From contig CBDCOH010000002.1 in NCBI GenBank assembly GCA_965219685.1, forward strand, positions 3,584,001 through 3,648,000: DNA of 64,000 bases, in the 5' to 3' direction. Positions 18,068 through 26,657 of the stretch are shown here, piece after piece. The notes beneath the pieces were generated by a model that had not been told where the DNA came from, did not search any database, and was given only the letters and a program-made list of their open reading frames with translations. Each line of letters begins with the position of its first letter. Position 1 is the stretch's first letter. Origin of the DNA: Candidatus Spongiisociaceae bacterium. GTDB taxonomy: Bacteria; Actinomycetota; Acidimicrobiia; Spongiisociales; Spongiisociaceae. Both the position numbers and the translations under genes were made by a program.

Positions 18068-19621
18068 ATGCTCGATTGGTTGCTGACCGGCGGCACGGTG
18101 GTCGACGGGACCGGGAGTCCCGGCTTCCGGGCCGATGTGGGCCTGGAGGGGGACCGGATCGCAGCCGTCGGGTCGCTGGACGGTTGCGAGGCGCGCCGGA
18201 CTCTGGACGTGGCCGGCTCCGTGGTCTGCCCCGGGTTCATCGACGTCCATTCCCATTCCGAGTTCTCCCTGCTGAGAGGGGCTGATGTCGATGCGCGCCT
18301 CCGCCAGGGGATCACTACCGACCTGCTGTCGCCGGACGGTTTCGCCTACGCGCCCCTGTCACCGGACCGCCTCGGCGAGATGAAGGCCTACCTCGAGGTG
18401 TTCAACGGGGCACCCGAGGAAGGCTGGGAATGGTCGGGCAACGAGGAGTACCTGGCGATGTTCGACGGTCAGGCCGGCATCAACGTCGTGCCCCAGGTGG
18501 GGTTCAACGCGGTGCGGGCCGAAGCGGTCGGCTGGGATCCCCGCCCGGCCGAACCATCCGAGATCGACCGCATGCGGGAACTCACCCGCCAGGGCATGGA
18601 GGAGGGCGCCCCCGGCATCCAGGTGGGCCTCGACTACTTCCCGTCCGGCCATGCCACCACCGAGGAGTTGATCGCCGTCGCGAGGGTGGTCGCCGAGTAC
18701 GGGGGCGTGTACACATCCCACGTCAGGGGCATCCGGGGCGACACCGAGGGCGGGGTCAAGGAGGCCCTCGTGGTCGGGCGGGAGAGCGGCGTGGCGGTCC
18801 ACATCTCCCATCTGTTCGGCTCGGACGACCTCTACCAACTGCTCACCGACGCCCGCGACGAGGGCTTCGACGTGACCTTCGACGCCTACCCCTACATGGC
18901 TGCCAGCAGCCACCTGGCCTTCTGCCTGCCCAAGTGGGTCGACCGCGGCCCCCCTGCCACCGTCGTGGAGATGCTGGGCGATGCGAATGTCCGATCCCGG
19001 CTGGCTGCCCACATCGACGAGTTCTTCGAGGCCTACGTGGCCCGACCCGAGAACGCCTTCTTCTCGTCCCTCCCGCCCGGTCCCTACCAGTTCCTGGAGG
19101 GTCGCCCGCTCACCGATGCGGTGGGCACGGTGGGCCCCACCCTGGCCGAAGCGGTCTGCACCCTGCTGGCCGAGTGCCGGATGCGGGTGCTGATGGTGTA
19201 CCGGTGGTACGACGAGGCCAAGCTGCGCCGGGCCATGACCCACCCTCGCGGGATGGTCGGCTCCGACGGGCTGTTCCGCGGCAGCTACCCCCACCCTCGG
19301 GGGTTCGGAGCCCACGCCCGGGTGCTCGCGCATCTGGTGCGGGAGAAGGGTTGGCTGGAGCTACCCGACGCCATCCGCCGGATGACCTCCATGCCCGCCG
19401 CCCGCTACAGCCTGGCCGACCGGGGAGTGATCCGCGCAGGAGCCGCCGCCGACGTGGCCGTGTTCGACCCGGACCGCATCCAGGACCGGGCCACCTTCGA
19501 GAACCCCCGCCGAAGGGCCGTCGGGATGGACTACGTCTTCGTCAACGGCCGCCCGGCCATCGAAGCCGGGCACATTGCAGAAACCGTCGCCGGCCGGGTC
19601 CTGCGAAGATCCACGGCCTGA
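18068..19621 (+). CDS. N-acyl-D-amino-acid deacylase (D-aminoacylase family)
   Basis: CPGFIDVHSHS, QGITT, YTSHVR, HISH, DAYPYMA, GSDG, HPRGFG. Confidence 0.9.
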   Translation: MLDWLLTGGTVVDGTGSPGFRADVGLEGDRIAAVGSLDGCEARRTLDVAGSVVCPGFIDVHSHSEFSLLRGADVDARLRQGITTDLLSPDGFAYAPLSPDRLGEMKAYLEVFNGAPEEGWEWSGNEEYLAMFDGQAGINVVPQVGFNAVRAEAVGWDPRPAEPSEIDRMRELTRQGMEEGAPGIQVGLDYFPSGHATTEELIAVARVVAEYGGVYTSHVRGIRGDTEGGVKEALVVGRESGVAVHISHLFGSDDLYQLLTDARDEGFDVTFDAYPYMAASSHLAFCLPKWVDRGPPATVVEMLGDANVRSRLAAHIDEFFEAYVARPENAFFSSLPPGPYQFLEGRPLTDAVGTVGPTLAEAVCTLLAECRMRVLMVYRWYDEAKLRRAMTHPRGMVGSDGLFRGSYPHPRGFGAHARVLAHLVREKGWLELPDAIRRMTSMPAARYSLADRGVIRAGAAADVAVFDPDRIQDRATFENPRRRAVGMDYVFVNGRPAIEAGHIAETVAGRVLRRSTA

Positions 19622-19770
19622 CCTGAGCCTCTCTGCCTGTATAAGGGTCCTACCTCTGGTCACCGTGGCGACCGGCTGTTATCCCAATCTTTTTTTGTAT
19701 CTCGTAGGTACTCGCCAATCTCCCGAAACTAGTCTGGTCGGGACATGCCGGGTAGAGAGGGAGGTCACTT

Positions 19771-21102
19771 GTGAGCAGTATGCGTGTTTTGACCGGCCGT
19801 CCGATGAGCCGTCGGGCTTTCGTACAAAAGGCCGCGGCAGCCGGGGTAGGGCTCAGCGCCCTAGGTGCGCTCATGGCCTCCTGCGCCGACGACGACGGAC
19901 CCGACCGACCCCTCACACCTGCCTTCTACGACTGGATCCTGTCCCTGTTCCCGACCCAGGCGGTTAGCGACAGTTGGGACCAGGAAGTCAACGTGCAGAC
20001 CGCTCCCGTGGAGGGCTTCGGCATCGAGCGTTTCGTGGCGGAGGGCGAGGAAGGCGAGAGCACCTGGGACATCTACGTCGGGATGACCCCCTTCGTGGAG
20101 ATGGCCGCCCTGATCGATGCAGGCGTCATCGAGCCCTGGGATCCCTACCTGGCCGACGGCGTCGCAGACACATGGGTTCCGTCGGTCAGGGCGGAAGCCA
20201 CCTACGACGGCCAGATATACAGCCATCCATTCGACAGCAGCATCGTGGCGGCCGGGTGGCACGGCGGTCTGGTGGCGGCGGCGGGCCTCGATCCCGACTA
20301 CGCCCCGCCCACCTGGGACGACTGGCTCGCTTCGGCGCGCCAGGTGATGGACAGCGGGGCGGCTCCGTTCGGCGCCACGTTCGACGCCAACGGATGGCGC
20401 TCTCTGGCGCCGATCGCCCACTCCATCGACATCAACGTCTACACCGACGAGGGCCGCTTCGACTTCACCCACGACGCGGTGATCGAGGCTCTCGAGATCA
20501 TGAGGCGGCTCATGGAGGTGTCGAACCCGGACGTGCTCGGCCAGGGAGCCACCGACGCCGGGGCCAACGTCACCCCCGACGAGGGCGCCTTCGCGGGCGA
20601 GAAGGCCGCCTACTACTTCAAGCACGCCTTCGGGCCGATCAACATGTCGTCCAAGTGGACGGACCCCAGCCAGCTGCGGCTAGGGGCCATCCCGACCGTG
20701 CCGGGCGGGTCCGGCGGAACGGTGTTCTGGTCGACCGGCGCCGGTCTGTTCACCTACGGCGGCAACAAGGAGCAGGCGGCCGAGTACATGCACTACCTCA
20801 CCTCCCACGAGGACATCCACCGGGCGGATGTCGGCAACCAGGGCGGGGTGGTAGGCCAGCTCCAGCCCTACCAGACGATCTGGAACGAGTGGCGGGCGAA
20901 TCCGCCGTCCTGGCTGGCGAGCTGGGCGTTCGCGCTGCAGGACCAGTTGGGAAGGGCGAGCGCGATCCACACTCATACGGCCGGAGTCACCCAGTTCCAG
21001 ATCGGTCGGCCCCACTGGGAGACCTACCTCACGGGCGAGGTGTCGACCGCCCGCGAGGCCCTGCAGGCCGCCAAGGACGCGGTGCTCGCCGAAACGGCCT
21101 AG
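19771..21102 (+). CDS. Carbohydrate-type ABC substrate-binding lipoprotein (Tat)
   Basis: SRRAFV Tat motif, lipobox LMASC, PPTWDDW; followed by two CUT1 permeases. Confidence 0.85.
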   Translation: MSSMRVLTGRPMSRRAFVQKAAAAGVGLSALGALMASCADDDGPDRPLTPAFYDWILSLFPTQAVSDSWDQEVNVQTAPVEGFGIERFVAEGEEGESTWDIYVGMTPFVEMAALIDAGVIEPWDPYLADGVADTWVPSVRAEATYDGQIYSHPFDSSIVAAGWHGGLVAAAGLDPDYAPPTWDDWLASARQVMDSGAAPFGATFDANGWRSLAPIAHSIDINVYTDEGRFDFTHDAVIEALEIMRRLMEVSNPDVLGQGATDAGANVTPDEGAFAGEKAAYYFKHAFGPINMSSKWTDPSQLRLGAIPTVPGGSGGTVFWSTGAGLFTYGGNKEQAAEYMHYLTSHEDIHRADVGNQGGVVGQLQPYQTIWNEWRANPPSWLASWAFALQDQLGRASAIHTHTAGVTQFQIGRPHWETYLTGEVSTAREALQAAKDAVLAETA

Positions 21103-21139
21103 TCGTGGTCCGTCTGCTCACAGACGGACCACCGTCGAG

Positions 21140-22087
21140 TTGATTGTCACCGGTCGGGACAGCCTGAAGAGGTTGTCCCGACCCAGGACGAGACAGAGCG
21201 GCAGGCGGTCCGAGGTCATCCCGTTCTTGGTGCCGGCGCTGATCCTGTTCGGCATCTGGCAGCTGTACCCGATGCTGCGGGTGGTGGCGCTGGCCTTCAC
21301 GGACTACGTAGTGATCGGCTCCGCCCCCACCTCGTTCGTGGGGTTCGGCAACTTCATCGAAGCGTTCGGCGATCCGTTGGTGCGGAGCGGGCTGGCCCGC
21401 TCGCTGGTATTCACGCTGATCTTCCTGCCGGGGGCGATCATCCTCCCCCTGCTGGCGGCGGTGGCGCTGACCCGGGTCCGCTCTACCCGCCTGGCCGGTT
21501 TCTACCGGGTGGTCCTCCTAGTCCCGGCGCTGCTGCCCGGCCCGCTGATCTTCATCATGTGGCGGTGGTTGTACAGCCCGGCCATCGGACCCATCAACTA
21601 CCTGCTGGTCGACGTGCTGGGGTGGTTCACCATCCATACGGTTCCCAACTGGGCCGGGGATCCGACCCTGGTACTCCCCTCGATCGTGGTGATGGAATGG
21701 TGGTGGGGGATCGGGTACCACACCATCTTCTTCCTGGCCGGCCTGGCCGCCATACCGATGAGCACGCTGGAGTCGGCAAGGGTCGACGGCGCCCACGAGG
21801 GGAGGGTGTTCTGGCACATCCTGCTACCCGGCCTGAGGCCGATCATCGCCGTGCTGGTGATCCTGCGGCTCGGATCGGCCTTCGCCGTAATCGAGGAGTT
21901 CCTCATCTACGGCGGTGTCAACCGGGCACTGCCGACCTATACATGGACCGTCTACATGTGGGACACCGCGTTCAAGGTCGGCAGATGGGAGCAGGGCTAC
22001 GCCTCGGCGGTGGGCCTGATTGGCACGCTGGCGGTGCTGGCCCTGATCCTGCTGATGCTGCGGTTGGGAAGGCTGACACGCTCATGA
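21140..22087 (+). CDS. Carbohydrate ABC permease
   Basis: FVGFGNF, EAA loop ESARVDGA. Confidence 0.9.
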   Translation: MIVTGRDSLKRLSRPRTRQSGRRSEVIPFLVPALILFGIWQLYPMLRVVALAFTDYVVIGSAPTSFVGFGNFIEAFGDPLVRSGLARSLVFTLIFLPGAIILPLLAAVALTRVRSTRLAGFYRVVLLVPALLPGPLIFIMWRWLYSPAIGPINYLLVDVLGWFTIHTVPNWAGDPTLVLPSIVVMEWWWGIGYHTIFFLAGLAAIPMSTLESARVDGAHEGRVFWHILLPGLRPIIAVLVILRLGSAFAVIEEFLIYGGVNRALPTYTWTVYMWDTAFKVGRWEQGYASAVGLIGTLAVLALILLMLRLGRLTRS

Positions 22088-22956
22088 CGACGGCCGGCAT
22101 GCGGGAGGTGGGGCTCCGGGACCTGCGCGCACTGCTCGGTCGGGTGGCGACGCACGCGTACCTGGTCCTGCTGGTGCTGTTCGTGGCGCTCCCGCTGCTC
22201 TGGGTGCTGCTGCTGTCCGTCAAGACCCTCCCGGACGCCTACACCAACCAGATCATTCCCCGGTTCGGCCTGACGCTGGAGCACTACTGGCAGACGTGGG
22301 GAACGATCGGCTCCCTTCGGCGTAACTTCCTCAACAGCGCCGTAGTGGCGGTGGGGAGCATCACTCTTACCGTGGCGGCGGCGAGCCTGGTGGCCTACGC
22401 GGTGGTGCATCTCCGCTTCCGCGCCAAGGCGGTGGTGATCGTCACCGCCTTCGCAGCACTGCTGATCCCGGTCCGGGTCTCCGGAATCATCGGCGTGTGG
22501 GCGGTCCAGCGCCAGCTCGACCTGCTGGACTCGGTCCTCGGGCTGATCCCGCCCTATTCGACCTTCGGGCTGGCGGTGGGCTTCTTTATCATGAAGAGCA
22601 CGTTCGAGCTGATACCGAGGGAACTGATGGAAGCCGCGGAAGTGGACGGCGCGTCGCCTCTCTGGCGGTTCTGGCATGTAGCTGTCCCGCTGGCCCGCAA
22701 CGGGCTGATCGTGGCCGGCCTCACACAGTTCATCCTGTCGTGGGGCGACTACCTGCTGGCGGTGACCCTCACCACATCGTTGGAGTCCCGCACCCTGCCG
22801 GTGCTGCTCGCCACCGCCACGGGAGGGATGGGCGCTTGGAACTGGCCTTCGATCTCGGCGGTGTTCGTGATGGCCTCCCTGCCGGTGCTGATCGTGTTCA
22901 TCCTCGTGTACCGGCGGTTCATGCAAGGGGTTCTCGAAGGTGGATTGCGGGGATAG
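22084..22956 (+). CDS. Carbohydrate ABC permease
   Basis: IPRELMEAAEVDGAS; ATGA overlap with the previous gene. Confidence 0.9.
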   Translation: MTTAGMREVGLRDLRALLGRVATHAYLVLLVLFVALPLLWVLLLSVKTLPDAYTNQIIPRFGLTLEHYWQTWGTIGSLRRNFLNSAVVAVGSITLTVAAASLVAYAVVHLRFRAKAVVIVTAFAALLIPVRVSGIIGVWAVQRQLDLLDSVLGLIPPYSTFGLAVGFFIMKSTFELIPRELMEAAEVDGASPLWRFWHVAVPLARNGLIVAGLTQFILSWGDYLLAVTLTTSLESRTLPVLLATATGGMGAWNWPSISAVFVMASLPVLIVFILVYRRFMQGVLEGGLRG

Positions 22957-22973
22957 AAACGGAGGGAAGAAAC

Positions 22974-23843
22974 ATGGATGTACCGGCCGGCCCCAAAATG
23001 CTCATCGGATACGACGTCGAGTCCTGCGCGATCGGCGAAAGCCTGAGCCGCATCAAGGACCCGGCGAACCAGCTCTACGAGGCGATGGATTCGGCATCGA
23101 TCGAGGAAGGCTGCCGGCGGATCGTGTCCCTGCACCGGGATCTGGGAGTGGCGGGCACGGTGTTCGCCTGCGGGAAGACCGTGCTCCACGCCCTTCCGAC
23201 CTTCGAGGGGCTGGTCGATGAAGAACTGATCGATATCCAGCAACACACCTACAGCCACGTGCTGTTCAAGGAGGACGTTCAACTGGGGGCGACCTTCCCC
23301 GCCTCCCCTACCCCGGCCCTACGGTTCGAGGTGCGGATGGCGTCGACGGTGCTCCGGGAGTACCTGGGCATCGAATGCGTCGGGCTCCGCACTCCCCACG
23401 GCTACGCCTCCGGCCTGGCAGACCGCCCCGACTTGGTGGATGTGATCCGATCCGAAGGTATACGCTTCGTCAGTTCCTGGGCGCGGGATCCCGAGGGGAA
23501 CTCGCCGGCTCCGCTTACCAACCAGCCTCACTGGTACGACGGGGGCGGGGTACTGGAGACTCCCTTCCAGCATTGGATGGACGTGGCGTGGTTCGAGCTG
23601 AAAGGACTCGGCGCTCACGACGAGTTCACCAAGGTGCTGCGGGAGGCGGTGGACTGGATCGTCGACAACGAGGCGGTATACGGGACCTGCTTCCATGACT
23701 GGGGGTTGCTGCGCTACCAGTCGGAGGAGTCCGGCTGGCTGCGTAACCTGGTCGAATACGCGTTGGAGAGCGGGGTGGAGGTGATGAGCTACACGGACTA
23801 CTACCGGCAGGCAGAGGCTCTCGCGGGGGGTGATGGCCCATGA
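22974..23843 (+). CDS. Polysaccharide deacetylase (CE4/NodB) family protein
   Basis: GYDVE, QHTYSH, GLRTPHG, CFHDW motifs. Confidence 0.8.
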   Translation: MDVPAGPKMLIGYDVESCAIGESLSRIKDPANQLYEAMDSASIEEGCRRIVSLHRDLGVAGTVFACGKTVLHALPTFEGLVDEELIDIQQHTYSHVLFKEDVQLGATFPASPTPALRFEVRMASTVLREYLGIECVGLRTPHGYASGLADRPDLVDVIRSEGIRFVSSWARDPEGNSPAPLTNQPHWYDGGGVLETPFQHWMDVAWFELKGLGAHDEFTKVLREAVDWIVDNEAVYGTCFHDWGLLRYQSEESGWLRNLVEYALESGVEVMSYTDYYRQAEALAGGDGP

Positions 23844-24763
23844 CGATGCTGATGGAAGGGATCATCACGCCGGTGATCACCCCGTTCCACGCCGACGGGA
23901 GCATCGACCGGCCCTCCTTCGGCGAGATGCTGGAACACCTCATCAGCGCCGGCGTGCACAGCGTCATCGTCGGGGGCAGCACCGGCGAGTTCTACGCCCA
24001 GACCCTCGCCGAGCGGATCGAGATGATGGAGTTCGGGGTCGACGTGGTCCGGCGGCGGATACCGGTCATGGCGGGTGTATCCGCCAGCCGCACCGAGGAC
24101 TCCATCACCCTCGCCGCGGCCGCCCGGGAGCTCGGATGCGACGGCCTGCTGGTGGGGTCGCCCCCGTACGCGGCGCCCACCGAGAAGGAGAACGCCCTCC
24201 ATGCCCTGCGGATCGACCGGGCGGCCCGCCTCCCGATCATGCTCTACAACTATCCGGCCCGGACCGGCTCGGACATGGGACCGGAGTACCTGAGCAGGGT
24301 TAGCCGATCCCCCCGGTTCCGGGCCATGAAGGAGAGTTCCGGCGACATAGACCGCCTCCACCTGCTGGCCCGCGAGTTCCCGCACCTCTCGATCGCCTGC
24401 GGGGCCGACGACCAAGCGCTGGAGTTCTTCGTGTGGGGCGCCCGGTCGTGGGTGTGCGCCGGGTCCAACTTCCTGCCGGCGGAGCACATCGCCCTCTACG
24501 AGACGTGCGCCGTCAAGGGCGACTACGAGCTGGGACGGCGGGTCATGAAAGCCATGCTCCCCCTGATGTCCACCCTCGAGAGGGGTGGCAAGTTCGTCCA
24601 AGGCGTCAAGTTCGGCGCCCGGCTGGCGGGTTTGCCCGCCGGGGTGCCCCGCCAGCCGCTCCGGTCGCTGACCAAGGAGGAGAAGCGGGAACTTGAGCGG
24701 GTCATCCGCACGCTGAAGACCTCGGTGCGCAGCGCCCTGGACGCGGGGTCCGCCCATGCTTGA
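23840..24763 (+). CDS. Dihydrodipicolinate synthase-family lyase/aldolase
   Basis: GSTGEF, MLYNYP, AMKESSGD (Schiff-base Lys). Confidence 0.88.
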   Translation: MTMLMEGIITPVITPFHADGSIDRPSFGEMLEHLISAGVHSVIVGGSTGEFYAQTLAERIEMMEFGVDVVRRRIPVMAGVSASRTEDSITLAAAARELGCDGLLVGSPPYAAPTEKENALHALRIDRAARLPIMLYNYPARTGSDMGPEYLSRVSRSPRFRAMKESSGDIDRLHLLAREFPHLSIACGADDQALEFFVWGARSWVCAGSNFLPAEHIALYETCAVKGDYELGRRVMKAMLPLMSTLERGGKFVQGVKFGARLAGLPAGVPRQPLRSLTKEEKRELERVIRTLKTSVRSALDAGSAHA

Positions 24764-26273
24764 TCTGCTGACCAGGGACGAGTACGCGGCGCTGTCGTCG
24801 GCGATGATCCTGCCCGCCAACGCGTTCGTCGACGGCAAGTTCCGCCCCGCCCTCTCCGGCGCGACCTTCATGTCCGCCAACCCGGCGACGGGAGAGCCCC
24901 TTGCCGAGGTCGCCGCCTGCGGAGCCGAGGATGTCGACTTGGCGGTCCGCAAGGCGCGGGAGGCCTTCGACGACGGTCGTTGGGCCAAGCGGGCGCCGGC
25001 CGACCGCAAGGAGGTCCTCATCCGGCTGGTGAAGCTGATGACCCGCAACCGACGGGAACTGGCCGTGATGGAGAGCATCGAATCCGGGAAGCCGATCCGG
25101 GACTGCGACGCGATCGATGTCCCGGAGGCCATCGACACCATCAAATGGCACGCCGAGCTCATCGACAAGGTCTACGACAAATCGGCTCCGGTGGGCGACG
25201 ATGCCATGGCGATCATCGTGCGAGAGCCCGTCGGGGTGGTGGGTGCGGTCCTCCCCTGGAACTTCCCGCTGCTGATAGCCGCCTGGAAGATCGGCCCGGC
25301 CCTGGCCGCCGGGAACTCCGTCGTGCTGAAGCCCTCCAAGCAGACCTCGCTCACCGCCCTGCGCCTGGCCGAACTGGCGATGGAGGCAGGCCTCCCGGAC
25401 GGTGTCCTCAACGTGGTCACCGGCACCGGGACCGGGGTCGGGGAGCCGATCGGGCTGCACATGGACATCGACATGGTGACCTTCACCGGGTCGACCGGGA
25501 CCGGTCGCAGGTTTCTGCGTTACTCGGCGGATTCCAACCTCAAGAAGGTCACCCTCGAGTGCGGCGGCAAGAACCCCTTCGTGGTGCTGGAAGGAGCGGA
25601 GGACCTGGACATGGTGGCCGAGCACTTCGTGACCGGCGCCTTCTGGAACATGGGGGAGAACTGCTCGGCCTCGTCTCGCCTGATCGTCCACCGAGCCGTG
25701 CGTGACGAACTGCTCGACCGGGTTCTGGCCCGGGCGGCGGACTGGCGGACCGGGGATCCGCTCGATCCCGTCAACCAGCTCGGGCCGCTGGTCGACGAGG
25801 CCCACCACGACAAGGTGTGCTCCTACCTACGGGCAGGTGCTGACGATGGGGCCGACGTCCTGCTGGGAGGCGAGTCGCTGGGCGGCCTGTACGTGGCGCC
25901 GACACTATTCGACGTCCCGAACCCGACGTCGGTCCTCATAACCGAGGAAATTTTCGGCCCGGTGGCGGCGGTTAGCACAGTGAACAGCAACGAGGCCGCG
26001 GTGCGGATGGCCAACGACACGCCCTACGGCTTGGCCGCCTCGGTGTTCTCCGGGAACATGCGGGAGGCCCTGCGCGGGGCGAGGGCCATCCGGGCCGGCA
26101 CCGTCACCGTCAACTGCTATGGGGAGGGGGATATCTCCACCCCGTTCGGCGGCTACAAGCAGTCCGGCTTCGGCGGCCGGGACAACTCGGTATACGCCCA
26201 CGAGCAGTACACCGAGCTGAAGACCATCTGGATCGACCTCAGCGACCGAGACCTGGAGGAGACGATCGACTAA
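24756..26273 (+). CDS. Aldehyde dehydrogenase (PuuC-like)
   Basis: PWNFP, FTGST, LECGGKNP, GENCSA, EEIFGPV, PFGGYKQSG. Confidence 0.92.
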   Translation: MLDLLTRDEYAALSSAMILPANAFVDGKFRPALSGATFMSANPATGEPLAEVAACGAEDVDLAVRKAREAFDDGRWAKRAPADRKEVLIRLVKLMTRNRRELAVMESIESGKPIRDCDAIDVPEAIDTIKWHAELIDKVYDKSAPVGDDAMAIIVREPVGVVGAVLPWNFPLLIAAWKIGPALAAGNSVVLKPSKQTSLTALRLAELAMEAGLPDGVLNVVTGTGTGVGEPIGLHMDIDMVTFTGSTGTGRRFLRYSADSNLKKVTLECGGKNPFVVLEGAEDLDMVAEHFVTGAFWNMGENCSASSRLIVHRAVRDELLDRVLARAADWRTGDPLDPVNQLGPLVDEAHHDKVCSYLRAGADDGADVLLGGESLGGLYVAPTLFDVPNPTSVLITEEIFGPVAAVSTVNSNEAAVRMANDTPYGLAASVFSGNMREALRGARAIRAGTVTVNCYGEGDISTPFGGYKQSGFGGRDNSVYAHEQYTELKTIWIDLSDRDLEETID

Positions 26274-26318
26274 GGCTGGTGGCTGGTGGCTGGTGGCTGG
26301 TGGCTGGTGGCTGGTGGC
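26274..26318. repeat. Heptamer tandem repeat (GGCTGGT) x6.4
   Basis: Starts immediately after the ALDH stop codon. Confidence 0.9.
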
Positions 26319-26365
26319 GCCATCAATGTGACTAAGGGCGATTGCGCTGATCGGGGGCAAGTGAC

Positions 26366-26520
26366 CTAACGAAGGCCTGCGGCGAAGCGGCAAACCCACG
26401 GCCCCGCCAGGAAGGCCGCCATGGTGGCGCCGATGGTGTCGAGGAACAGGGGCAGGTTCAAGGTCTGCGTGAAGAACCTCCCGATGAGGTTGATCCCGAT
26501 TGCCACCGGAAGCCTATTTG
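26366..26520 (-). pseudogene. ECF transporter S-component N-terminal fragment
   Basis: LPVAIGINLIGRFFTQTLNLPLFLDTIG..AAFLAGPW resembles the first helices of ECF S components, then terminates. Confidence 0.55.
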
Positions 26521-26575
26521 ACGTGTTTGTCTTTTCTTCACCATCCACTTGGCCCTGAGTGACGACAAGCGGGGG

Positions 26576-26612
26576 AAAAACGCCCTGCCGCCATCGGATG
26601 GCGGCAGGGCGT
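26576..26612 (-). terminator. Intrinsic terminator
   Basis: Perfect inverted repeat ACGCCCTGCCGCCAT/ATGGCGGCAGGGCGT followed by a T-run on the minus strand, just downstream of the gene ending at 26658. Confidence 0.85.
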
Positions 26613-26657
26613 AAGACGGAAGCCGAGTCTCTGGCCGGACATCGGCGTACCGGCCGG

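Noticed and set aside
23840-24763. Calling the DHDPS-family gene dapA
   Set aside because: It has GSTGE and sits in a catabolic operon with an ALDH. Lysine biosynthesis is not supported.
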